Origin: an uncultured Actinomycetota bacterium | GTDB taxonomy: Bacteria > Actinomycetota > Actinomycetes > Propionibacteriales > Nocardioidaceae | Length of the DNA stretch: 64,000 nucleotides | Direction: 5' to 3' | NCBI GenBank assembly: GCA_963834285.1 | Contig: CAWIAZ010000014.1 | Coordinates: 16,534-80,533 of the forward strand | Shown here: piece by piece, positions 21,249 to 30,532 of the stretch | Position numbering within the stretch: the first letter of the stretch is position 1 | How the letters are laid out: each line of letters begins with the position of its first letter | Position numbers and translations under genes: made by a program | Notes under the pieces: generated by a model | What the model was told of the DNA's origin: nothing | The model's database searches: none | The model's input: the letters and a program-made list of their open reading frames with translations, nothing else

Positions 21249-22175
21249 GTGCGCAAGAACATCGGTATCGTCCTGATCGGGTTGAGCGGCTTCCTGCTGT
21301 TCGCCGGTCTGCTGGCCGTCACGTGGGCGCCGGGCAAGAGCGAGAAGACGCCGCTGGACGTCGACTCGACCACCGTCCTGAGCGGTGAGGTCGCCAAGCT
21401 CGATCCGAGCACCAGCGAGCTGGTCTCCAACCCGGTCATCGCGACCAGCATCACCAAGACCGACTCCAACGCCAGCGACGACGACGTCGTGGTCTGGGTC
21501 AACTCGTCCTGCGTCGTGGTCGACGAGGGCGACCCGCCGCCGTGCGTCGAGAGCAGCGACCCGCGCCTGGTCACCGCCAGCATCGACACCTTCGCCACCG
21601 ATCGGGTCACCGCGCTGACCGTCAACGACGACAAGTACGTGCCGACCCCGGCGGTCGCCCCGGAGGGGTTGCGCAACAAGTGGCCCTTCTCCTCGGAGAA
21701 GAAGACCTACCCCTACTGGGACGGCGTGATGGGCGCTGCCGTCGACGCGGAGTTCGACCGCACCGAGACGGTCGACGGCCTCGACACGTACGTCTACAAG
21801 GTGACCATCGCCGACGCCGACATCGAGGTCGCCGAGGGCGTGCCGGGCACCTACGACGCCGTCAAGGAGATCTTCGTCGAGCCGAAGACGGGGTCCATCG
21901 TCAACCAGACCGACGACCAGCAGCGCTACCTCGCCGACGGCTCGACCGCGCTCGACCTGCAGCTCGCCTTCACCGACGAGCAGATCAAGATCAGCGTCGC
22001 CGACACCGAGGACAGCCTCGGGTCGCTCAACCTGATCACGCGCACCGTGCCGCTCATCGGCTTCGTGGGCGGGTCGCTCGCCCTCCTGGCCGGCCTCTTC
22101 CTCGCGGTGGGCGGCAACCGCAAGCAGCAGCCCCCGACGCGCGCCGCCCGGCGCGAGCCCGTCGGCGCTGCCTAG
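21249..22175 (+). CDS. DUF3068 domain membrane protein (Rv0227c-like)
   Basis: N- and C-terminal TM helices, KTPLDVDSTT, KWPF..EKKTYPYWD and VEP.TG.IV. Confidence 0.8.
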   Translation: MRKNIGIVLIGLSGFLLFAGLLAVTWAPGKSEKTPLDVDSTTVLSGEVAKLDPSTSELVSNPVIATSITKTDSNASDDDVVVWVNSSCVVVDEGDPPPCVESSDPRLVTASIDTFATDRVTALTVNDDKYVPTPAVAPEGLRNKWPFSSEKKTYPYWDGVMGAAVDAEFDRTETVDGLDTYVYKVTIADADIEVAEGVPGTYDAVKEIFVEPKTGSIVNQTDDQQRYLADGSTALDLQLAFTDEQIKISVADTEDSLGSLNLITRTVPLIGFVGGSLALLAGLFLAVGGNRKQQPPTRAARREPVGAA

Positions 22176-22207
22176 CCGGACCTCAGCCCTGCCGACGGCG
22201 TGGGTTC

Positions 22208-23089
22208 TCAGTCACCAGATGACTGAGAACCCGCGCCGTCGCCGGTTCGGGCCCGCAGGTCGGCGGCGAAGATCGCGGTGCCAGGGGTCAGCCGCCCACG
22301 CACCCGCGACCACCCGCCCCAGACCCGGTCGTGGTGCTCGGGCCACTGCGGCTCCAGCAGGTCGGTGAGCGTGAAGCCCGCGGCCGCCAGCAGCGAGACC
22401 CAGTCACCGAGGGTGCGGTGGTGCTCGACGTACGACACGACCCCGGTCTGCGGATCGGTCTCGACGTAGGGCGTGCGGTCCCAGTAGGACTGCGAGGCGA
22501 GCAGGCCGGCCTCGGACGGGTCGTCGGGGAACATCCAGCGGGTGGGGTGCGTGATCGAGAACGCGAAGCGGCCGCCGTCGCGCAGCACCCGCGCCGTCTC
22601 GGCGATCGCCTCGGCGATGTCGCTGACGAACTGCAGGGCGCCGAAGGAGCAGAAGACCACGTCGAAGGACCGGTCGGCGAAGGGCAGCTCGGTGGCGGTC
22701 GCGAGCACCGACGGCACCGCCACGCCGGTCGCGGCGTCGAGCCGTCGCGAGTGCTGGAGCTGTCGGTGCGAGAGGTCGAGCCCGTAGGAGCGGCCACCCT
22801 GGCTGCGTACCCAGCGCGAGCACTGCCCGGCGCCGGAGCCGAGCTCGAGCACGTCGCGCCCGTGCACGGGGCCGAGCACGCCGGCCACCGCCTCGGTGAG
22901 CCCCTCCGGGCCCCACACGAAGCCGGCGTCGCCCAGGAACTCCCCGTGCGTGGCCTGGTACTCGTCGGCGTACCGGTCCCAGTCGGGTCCGTTGGCCCGT
23001 CGCGACTCGGCCTCGGACACCTGACGCCGGTCCACGTGCACCGGTGGGTGCGGCCACACGCTCTCCACGGAAGCAGCGTAGACCGCCAC
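22208..23089 (-). CDS. Class I SAM-dependent methyltransferase
   Basis: WDRYADEYQATHGEFLG, VLELGSGAGQCSRW, LPFAD.SFD and THP.RW motifs. Confidence 0.85.
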   Translation of the reverse strand: MAVYAASVESVWPHPPVHVDRRQVSEAESRRANGPDWDRYADEYQATHGEFLGDAGFVWGPEGLTEAVAGVLGPVHGRDVLELGSGAGQCSRWVRSQGGRSYGLDLSHRQLQHSRRLDAATGVAVPSVLATATELPFADRSFDVVFCSFGALQFVSDIAEAIAETARVLRDGGRFAFSITHPTRWMFPDDPSEAGLLASQSYWDRTPYVETDPQTGVVSYVEHHRTLGDWVSLLAAAGFTLTDLLEPQWPEHHDRVWGGWSRVRGRLTPGTAIFAADLRARTGDGAGSQSSGD

Positions 23090-23111
23090 CCGCCGGTGCG
23101 TGGCGAGGAGG

Positions 23112-24248
23112 TCAGGAGACCGCGCGCACCCCGATCGCGGGGTTGTCGGTGAAGAACCCGTCGATGCCTGCCCGCAGGAAGATCCGGATCTCGCCGACGA
23201 GGTCGCCGGGGGCGTTGGGGTCGTCGCTGCTGCGCAGCTCCAGCGGCAGGAACTGGTTCTCGCGACGGAAGGTGTAGGGGTGCACCACCAGGTCGTAGTG
23301 GTGGGCGTTGCGCACGACCTTGGTCGGCCGCAGCAGCCGGCCGGCGCGGTCCCGCGGGATCACCGTGTCCTTGCACGGCCCGAGCCCGTCGGCGTACCGG
23401 CTGATGCCGCGCAGCCCCTTGCGGGTGACCAGGTCGGCGTAGGTGCGGTCGTCGCCGGCCACCACGAGGTCGTACGGCGCTCCGCTGCAGCCGGTGAGCT
23501 GCACCAGGGGCAGGTCGGTCACGGTGTCGAGCTCGCGCAGGTTGGTGGTCTCGAAGCTCTGGAGGAAGACCCGGTGGCGCGCGCGGCCCAGGCCGTGGGC
23601 GCGGAGCGCGGCCAGCATCGGCTCCTCGAGGGAGAGGCCGGCCCGGTCGAAGTACGTCGGGTGCTTGGTCTCGGGGTAGACCCCGACCCGGCCGCCGTCG
23701 CAGGTGCGTCGGCGCTGCGCGAGGTCGAGGACCTGGTCGAACCTCGGCACCCGGAAGCGGCCGTCGTAGCGGGTGTTGGCGGGCCGGGTCTCCGGGATCC
23801 GCTCCTTGGCGCGCAGGGTGCGCAGCTCGGCGTAGGTGAAGTCGTCGGTGAACCAGCCGGTCACCGCGACGCCGTCGATCCGCTTGGTCGTCCGCCGATC
23901 GGCGAACTCGGGGTGGTCGGCGACGTCGGTCGTGCCCCCGATCTCCGGCTCGTGCCGGGTCACGAGCACCCCGTCGCTGGTCGAGACCAGGTCGGGCTCG
24001 ATGAAGTCGGCGCACTGGCGGATCGCCAGGCGGTAGGAGGCCAGGGTGTGCTCCGGCCGGTGGCCGCTGGCGCCGCGGTGACCGATCACCAGCGCGTCCG
24101 CACCGGGATCGGGTGGCGTGGCGTGGGCGACCGAGGGCACCAGGACCGTGGCCAGCGTCAGGGCCGTGACCGCGGCGACGGTGCTGGCGACGGCGGTGGC
24201 GGTGAGGGTGGCGAGCGAGGACAGGGATTTCCGAGAGTTCCGAGACAT
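23112..24248 (-). CDS. glpQ: Secreted glycerophosphodiester phosphodiesterase (GlpQ-like)
   Basis: Signal peptide; IGHRGASG.RPEHTL, IEPDLV..SDG.LV.RHE, YPETKHP and QSFE. Confidence 0.85.
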   Translation of the reverse strand: MSRNSRKSLSSLATLTATAVASTVAAVTALTLATVLVPSVAHATPPDPGADALVIGHRGASGHRPEHTLASYRLAIRQCADFIEPDLVSTSDGVLVTRHEPEIGGTTDVADHPEFADRRTTKRIDGVAVTGWFTDDFTYAELRTLRAKERIPETRPANTRYDGRFRVPRFDQVLDLAQRRRTCDGGRVGVYPETKHPTYFDRAGLSLEEPMLAALRAHGLGRARHRVFLQSFETTNLRELDTVTDLPLVQLTGCSGAPYDLVVAGDDRTYADLVTRKGLRGISRYADGLGPCKDTVIPRDRAGRLLRPTKVVRNAHHYDLVVHPYTFRRENQFLPLELRSSDDPNAPGDLVGEIRIFLRAGIDGFFTDNPAIGVRAVS

Positions 24249-24319
24249 GGGGCCAGTCAAACCGCTGGGGACCCGGGGAGAAGACCCTGACCGAAACTCG
24301 GGATGACATCATCTGGGCC

Positions 24320-25242
24320 GTGGAGTCGTTGCTGGGGGTCGCGTCGCTGACGCCGCTCGCCGGTGGCTTCTCGGGACAGACGTTCCTCGCCGAGACCGCG
24401 GGGGAGCGCCAGGTGGTGCGGATCTACCCGCCCGGCGAGCACGCCGGGCGCGGCGACAGTGCACCCGAGATCGACGCGGCCCTGCTCCGCCTGGTGCGCG
24501 GGCTGCTCCCGGTGCCCGACGTCGTGGAGGTGCGGGCCACCCGGTCGGAGACCGACGAGCCCGGCCTGCTGGTCACGACGTTCCTGCCGGGGGAGCGCGG
24601 CGACCTCCTCCTGGCGAGGCTGGACGACGAGGGTGCGGGCCGGATGGGCCGGGCGGTCGGCGAGGTGGCCGCGCCGGCTGGGTGGGATGCCCCTGCTCGA
24701 CGCCGGGCCGTTCGTGGACGCCGGCCTGCGCGTCGGCGTCTTCGCGGGCGCCGACGACCTGCCGGCGTGGGTCGACCACCACCGGCCGGTGCTGACGCAC
24801 TGGGAGGAGCGCGACCTCGACGCCCTGCGCGAGGTGGCCGCCGAGGCGCAGGACCTCCTCGACACCGTCGCCCGGCGGTGCCTGGTGCACAGCGACCTCA
24901 ACCCCAAGAACCTGCTGCTCGACCCCGCGACGCTCGAGGTCACCGGGGTGCTCGACTGGGAGTTCGCCCACGCGGGGCACCCGGCCACCGACCTGGGCAA
25001 CCTGCTCCGGCTTCGACCGCGCGCCGGCGTACGGCGAGGGCGTGCTGGGCGCCTACGTCGACCGCCTGGGCGGCGCCCCCGAGCAGCACCTGGCGATGGC
25101 ACGCGCCGCCGATCTGTGGGCCCTGGTCGCCCTCGCCGGGCGCCGTGGGCAGAACCCGGTGGCCACGCGGGCCGACGACCTGCTGCGCGGCATCGCCCGG
25201 GCAGGCGACGCCGGTTGGACTCCGCCGAGCGCGCAGGCGTAA
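24320..25242 (+). CDS. APH/choline-kinase-like phosphotransferase, frameshifted
   Basis: LAGGFSG.TF loop, LVHSDLNPKNLL and GVLDWEFA. Confidence 0.75.
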
Positions 25243-25407
25243 AGTCACCTGTTGCGCCTGCGGTCTGCCTGGGTTCCAGACGGAGCGGACCCTCGCTCGC
25301 TATCTGCTCGGCCCCGATTCGCGGGGCCGGAGTGCTCTCCACGGTAGTGAAAACCTGGCTTCAGGCGTGCCCGTTCGACTTCTGCCCACCAAGGAATAAC
25401 CTCCCTT

Positions 25408-26919
25408 ATGACGAGTACCATCATGCCTCTCCCCGACTACGACGCGCCTCAGATCGCGATCAACGACATCGGGTCCGAAGAGGACTTCCTCGCCGCGATC
25501 GACGCGACCATCAAGTACTTCAACGACGGCGACATCGTCGACGGGACGATCGTCAAGGTCGACCGCGACGAGGTCCTGCTCGACATCGGCTACAAGACCG
25601 AGGGCGTCATCCCCTCGCGCGAGCTGTCGATCAAGCACGACGTCGACCCCCACGAGGTCGTGGCGGTCGGTGACAAGGTCGAGGCCCTCGTCCTCCAGAA
25701 GGAGGACAAGGAAGGCCGGCTGATCCTGTCCAAGAAGCGCGCACAGTACGAGCGCGCCTGGGGCACCATCGAGCAGGTCAAGGAAGAGGACGGCGTCGTC
25801 GAGGGCACCGTCATCGAGGTCGTCAAGGGCGGCCTCATCATCGACATCGGCCTGCGCGGCTTCCTGCCCGCCTCGCTGGTGGAGATGCGTCGCGTCCGCG
25901 ACCTGCAGCCGTACGTCGGCCAGGTCCTCGAGGCGAAGATCATCGAGCTCGACAAGAACCGCAACAACGTCGTGCTCTCGCGCCGTGCCTGGCTCGAGCA
26001 GACCCAGTCCGCGGTCCGCCACGGCTTCCTCACCCAGCTCCAGAAGGGTCAGATCCGCAAGGGCGTCGTCTCCTCGATCGTCAACTTCGGTGCGTTCGTC
26101 GACCTCGGCGGCGTCGACGGACTGGTCCACGTCTCCGAGCTGTCCTGGAAGCACATCGACCACCCGAGCGAGGTCGTCACCGTCGGTGACGAGGTCACCG
26201 TCGAGGTGCTCGACGTCGACATGGAGCGCGAGCGCGTCTCCCTGTCGCTGAAGGCCACCCAGGAGGACCCCTGGCAGCACTTCGCCCGCACGCACCAGAT
26301 CGGGCAGATCGTGCCGGGCAAGGTCACCAAGCTGGTGCCCTTCGGTTCGTTCGTCCGGGTCGAGGACGGCATCGAGGGCCTCGTGCACATCTCCGAGCTG
26401 GCCGAGCGCCACGTGGAGATCCCCGAGCAGGTCGTGCAGGTCAACGACGACGTCATGGTCAAGATCATCGACATCGACCTCGAGCGTCGCCGCATCTCGC
26501 TGTCGCTCAAGCAGGCCAACGAGACCGCCACCGCCGCCGACGTCGAGGAGTTCGACCCGACGCTCTACGGCATGGCCGCGACCTACGACGACCAGGGCAA
26601 CTACGTCTACCCCGACGGCTTCGACCCCGAGACGGGCGAGTGGCTCGAGGGCTTCGACGAGCAGCGCGCGATCTGGGAGGCCCAGTACGCCAAGGCGCAC
26701 GAGCGCTGGGAGGCGCACGTCAAGCAGCAGGCCGAGGCCAAGCAGGCCGAGGTCGAGGCCGGCGAGGCGACGACGTACTCCTCCGGTGGCGACGAGGTCC
26801 ACGAGGAGTCCGACGACGAGACCGGCGGCGCCAGCACCAGCGGTGGCACGTCCGGCTCGCTGGCCTCCGACGAGGCCCTGCAGGCGCTCCGCGAGAAGCT
26901 CACCGGCGGCGGTGCCTGA
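25408..26919 (+). CDS. rpsA: 30S ribosomal protein S1
   Basis: Four S1 domains (LLDIGYKTEG, GFLPAS, DGLVHVSEL, EGLVHISEL) and the actinobacterial C-terminus LASDEALQALREKL. Confidence 0.98.
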   Translation: MTSTIMPLPDYDAPQIAINDIGSEEDFLAAIDATIKYFNDGDIVDGTIVKVDRDEVLLDIGYKTEGVIPSRELSIKHDVDPHEVVAVGDKVEALVLQKEDKEGRLILSKKRAQYERAWGTIEQVKEEDGVVEGTVIEVVKGGLIIDIGLRGFLPASLVEMRRVRDLQPYVGQVLEAKIIELDKNRNNVVLSRRAWLEQTQSAVRHGFLTQLQKGQIRKGVVSSIVNFGAFVDLGGVDGLVHVSELSWKHIDHPSEVVTVGDEVTVEVLDVDMERERVSLSLKATQEDPWQHFARTHQIGQIVPGKVTKLVPFGSFVRVEDGIEGLVHISELAERHVEIPEQVVQVNDDVMVKIIDIDLERRRISLSLKQANETATAADVEEFDPTLYGMAATYDDQGNYVYPDGFDPETGEWLEGFDEQRAIWEAQYAKAHERWEAHVKQQAEAKQAEVEAGEATTYSSGGDEVHEESDDETGGASTSGGTSGSLASDEALQALREKLTGGGA

Positions 26920-26938
26920 GCCAGGCCCCGCGCCACGC

Positions 26939-26978
26939 AGCTGACCCGCCCGGACCACCAGGTCCGGGCGGGTCAGCT
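26939..26978. terminator. Hairpin terminator after rpsA
   Basis: 18-bp perfect stem AGCTGACCCGCCCGGACC-ACCA-GGTCCGGGCGGGTCAGCT. Confidence 0.85.
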
Positions 26979-26997
26979 CATTTCGGGGAAGAGGTGG

Positions 26998-27159
26998 TCA
27001 GCGGAAGGACGAGCCCATGCGGGAGAACGGGTCGTCGTGGCTGCGCGGGGGCTCGTAGGAGCGCGAGCCGCGCGGGTCGTCGCCGAAGATCCCCAGCAGG
27101 AGGGCGACGAGGCCGGCGGCGAACACGATGGTCCAGAAGATGAAGGCGATGAGGGTCAT
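26998..27159 (-). CDS. Small single-TM protein A, 53 aa (MTLIAFIFWTIVFAAGLVALLLGIFGDDPRGSRSYEPPRSHDDPFSRMGSSFR)
   Basis: Hand-translated; GC-ending codons throughout; paralog at 30296-30439 with the same upstream operator. Confidence 0.7.
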   Translation of the reverse strand: MTLIAFIFWTIVFAAGLVALLLGIFGDDPRGSRSYEPPRSHDDPFSRMGSSFR

Positions 27160-27231
27160 GGCAGTAATCATGCGCGCCCCTGTATCCTGCCAAAAGTGGC
27201 AGGCATGCCCGCTGTCGTCGAATTACTGCCA
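27159..27231. promoter_or_regulatory. Four-box TGGCAG operator, copy 1
   Basis: TGGCAGTAAT 27159-27168, ATCCTGCCA 27184-27192, TGGCAGG 27197-27203, ATTACTGCCA 27222-27231. Confidence 0.7.
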
Positions 27232-27263
27232 AGCGGTCCGGACGCGGTCCGGGAACGACGAAG

Positions 27264-27291
27264 CGGGCGCGGACCCGAAGGTCCGCGCCCG
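27264..27291 (-). terminator. Hairpin terminator downstream of the Ca-repeat protein gene
   Basis: CGGGCGCGGACC-CGAA-GGTCCGCGCCCG; on the minus strand this has a UUCG loop and a pyrimidine-rich tail. Confidence 0.75.
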
Positions 27292-27342
27292 TCCCGCCGG
27301 CTCGTGCAGCAGCCGGTCGACCCGCCGGCTGATCGGCCAGGA

Positions 27343-30179
27343 TCAGCCCCGACGCGAGCCGCGGGGGCGGCTGTTCGGGTTCAGCGGGTCGGTGCCCCGG
27401 CGGACCTCGAGCCCGTCCCTGGCGCCGTCACGGTCGGTGTCGCGGGCCCGCGGGTTGGTCTTGTACTTCTTGACCTCGCGCCCGTCGCTGAGCCCGTCGC
27501 GGTCGGTGTCCTTGCGCAGCGGGTCGGTGCCGGTGCCCTTGCGCTTCTTGACCTTGACCTCGCGGGCGTCGTTCAGCCCGTCGCGGTCGGTGTCGGCCCG
27601 GAGCGGGTTGGTCCGGGTCGACTGGATCTCCCGGCCGTCGCTCAGGCTGTCCTTGTCGGTGCTGCGCTTGCACGGGTTGGTCTTGTGCTTGACGATCTCG
27701 CGCCGGTCCTTGAGCCCGTCGCGGTCGCTGTCGGGCCGCAGCGGGTTGGTCGCGCAGCGTCCGTAGCGGCCGTTGGCGGAGCCGGTGATCTCGACCTTGT
27801 CGCTGAGCTTGTCGCGATCGGTGTCCTTGCGCCGGGGGTCGGTCTTGTAGCGCAGGACCTCGGCGCCGTCGCCGAGCCCGTCCTTGTCGGTGTCGGCCAC
27901 CCGCGGGTTGGTCTTCCAGCGCAGCGCCTCGGCGGCGTCGGTGAGCCCGTCGTCGTCGGTGTCCTTCACGCGCGGGTCGGTGACGGCGTAGAGCGCCTCC
28001 TGGCCGTCGCTGAGACCCTCGCCGTCGGTGTCGGCGACGTTGGGGTCGGTCGGCCGGTTGCCGTAGTGGTTGGCCGAGCCGGTGACGTCCTCCATGTCGG
28101 TGAGGCTGTCACCGTCGGAGTCCGGGTCGAGCGGGTTGGTCGGCTCGTTGCCGAACTCGCCGTTGCGCGAGCCGGAGTTCTCCTCGGTGTCGAGCAGGCC
28201 GTCACCGTCGCTGTCGCCCGGGGGGTACGTCGCGCCGTCGTCCGCGGCGTCCCGGGGATCCGTGCCGCGACCGACCTCGGTGCCGTCCATCACCCCGCCG
28301 TCGTCGGTGTCGGGGTCGTTGGGGTCGGTCGGGGCGTTGCCGTGGTCGTCGTTGGCCGAGCCGCTGGTCTCCTCGCCGTCGTTCAGCCCGTCGTTGTCGG
28401 AGTCGTCGTCGAGCGGGTTGGTGCGGCCCGTTGCCGAACTCGGTGTTGACCGAGCCGCTGACCTCCTCGCCGTCGCTGAGCCCGTCGTCGTCGGTGTCGG
28501 CGTCGTTGGGGTTGGTGTCCCGGGCGATCTCCTCGCCGTCGTCGAGCCCGTCGTCGTCGGAGTCGGCGTCCTGCGGGTCGGTGGGCTCGTTGTTGTAGAC
28601 CGTGTTGGCCGAGCCGCTGAGCCTCCTCGTCGTCGAAGATCCGGTCACCGTCGCTGTCGACGCGACCAGGGGTGCCCCGGTCGTCCGACCCGTCGTTGGG
28701 GTCGGTGCCGTCCTGGGTCTCCGCGCTGTCGGTGACGCCGCCGTCGTCGGTGTCGGGGTCGTTGGGGTCGGTCGGCTCGTTGTTGTGGCCGGTGTTGGTC
28801 GAGCCGCTGGTCTCCTCGCCGTCGAGCAGTCCATCGTTGTCGGAGTCGTCGTCGAGCGGGTTGGTCGGCTCGTTGCCGAAGCCGGTGTTCTCCGAGCCGG
28901 TGACCTCGGGGCCGTCCTGGAGACCGTCGTCGTCGGTGTCGGGGTCGTTGGGGTTGGTGTCCCGGGCGATCTCGGCGCCGTCGCGCAGTCCGTCACCGTC
29001 GGTGTCGGGGTTGAACGGGTCGGTGGGCTCGTTGTTGTAGACGGTGTTGCGCGAGCCCGAGGTCTCCTCGCTGTCGAGCAGGCCGTCGCCGTCGGAGTCG
29101 CCGTCCCCGGGTCCGCCGCAGTCCAGCCCGCCGAGGGGCGCGGTGGCGTTGACGCTCATCGGGAAGAGGTCGGCGTCGAGCAGGGTGACGGCGAGCGGGT
29201 CGGCGCCCAGCGAGATGTCGACGTGGAGCACGCTCGCGCTCGCGCCGGCGCTGCTGCCGTCGGGGGCGACGGTCTCGTCGACGAGCTGGCCGACCGAGAG
29301 CGAGGCGACCAGCAGCGGGTTGGCGGGCAGCGCGAAGTCGACCGGGCTGCCGTCGGCGGGGAGCGTCTGGGTGGAGCCGCCACCGGTCACCTGCACGATC
29401 GGAGCGTTCCAGCTGACCTGCGAGCCCGCCGGCGTACCGGTCGCACGCGCGCTGAGCAGCGGTGACGTGATCACCTCGACGTTCAGCTGGCCGCCGAACA
29501 GCTCGAGGTCGACGGTGGAGCCGCGGGTCGTCGCGACCACGTCACGGCCGTCGCTGTCGACGCGTCCGGGGTTGGGCACGAGCTTGGTGCTCTGCGAGGT
29601 CGAGACGGTGTCGGGGAGCGCCAGCAGGGTGCCGACCGTCGGGACCGGGAGCAGCTCGACGTCCGCGGTGGAGACGCGGGACTGGCTGAGCGCCTCGGAG
29701 GCGGGCAGGCAGTCGGCGCCGGTCGCGGTGCGGCTGTGGGCCTCGGCGGTCGAGACGCCGAGGGTGAGCACGCCGGGCAGGGTGCCGGGGATGGAGGTGT
29801 CGCTGACCCCGGCCGGGTTGTCCGGCGGTGCGGTCTGGGTGGCCGTGGCCAGGATGTCGGGCAGCGCCGAGCCGAGCAGGGAGGCGACCAGGTTGCGGGC
29901 CTCGGCCTTCGCCGAGACCGGCTCACCCTCGGTCTCGCCGTGGGTGACGCTCACCCCGATGTCGGCCAGGGTGCCGACGCCGGCGCGCAGGGCGGTCAGG
30001 TGGAGGGCTTCGGCGCTGGTGCGCGAGCTCACGCCGGGCAGGTCTGGGGGAGCGACGGCGGCGGTCGAGACGACCGGGGCCGGGGACGTGGTGGCCAGGG
30101 CGGCCGGGATCGTGGCGAACGAGTACAGCGCTGCAGTCGACAAGCACAGCGCCACACCCAGGGGGCGGGTGGGCGACAC
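27343..30179 (-). CDS. Secreted protein with about 21 thrombospondin type-3-like (DxDxDGLxD) Ca-binding repeats, frameshifted twice
   Basis: RBS AAGGAG before GTG 30179; signal peptide; beta-rich N-terminal region; repeats D(T/S)DxDGLxDGxE...T(N/D)P across ORFs 28383, 28202 and 27343. Confidence 0.75.
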
Positions 30180-30295
30180 GGGGGACTCCTTGTGTGGGGG
30201 GGGAACTGCCGAGACGAGCCAGAGGAAGCCCGTCGAAGTTAGCACCGCGCCACCGCTCCCGGAGCGGTTTCCGGGAACTCTCAGGAGCCGTCTTG

Positions 30296-30439
30296 CTACT
30301 GCCGGCCGGGCGGGCGGAGCTGCGGGTCGTCGAACCGGGAGGTCGGCGGCCGGAGCGGTCCAGGGCCGTCGTGGACGACGAGCAGCGCCTCGGCGACGAC
30401 GAAGAGGGACACGGTCAGGAGGATCAGCATCAGGGTCAT
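30296..30439 (-). CDS. Small single-TM protein B, 47 aa (MTLMLILLTVSLFVVAEALLVVHDGPGPLRPPTSRFDDPQLRPPGRQ)
   Basis: Hand-translated; divergent from the AraC regulator; shares MTL start, TM helix and PPxS..DDP with protein A. Confidence 0.7.
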   Translation of the reverse strand: MTLMLILLTVSLFVVAEALLVVHDGPGPLRPPTSRFDDPQLRPPGRQ

Positions 30440-30511
30440 GGCAGTAATTCTCCGACCCTTGAGATCATGCCACCAGTGGCAGGATAGTCGGTGTGCATTG
30501 ATTTACTGCCA
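30439..30511. promoter_or_regulatory. Four-box TGGCAG operator, copy 2 (between small protein B and the AraC regulator)
   Basis: TGGCAGTAAT 30439-30448, ATCATGCCA 30464-30472, TGGCAGGAT 30477-30485, TTTACTGCCA 30502-30511; same offsets as copy 1. Confidence 0.75.
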
Positions 30512-30532
30512 CACCGGGTGCATGCTAGGCAG

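Noticed and set aside
24320-25242. Aminoglycoside resistance gene
   Set aside because: Only generic APH-superfamily kinase motifs and no mobile context; the substrate cannot be inferred.
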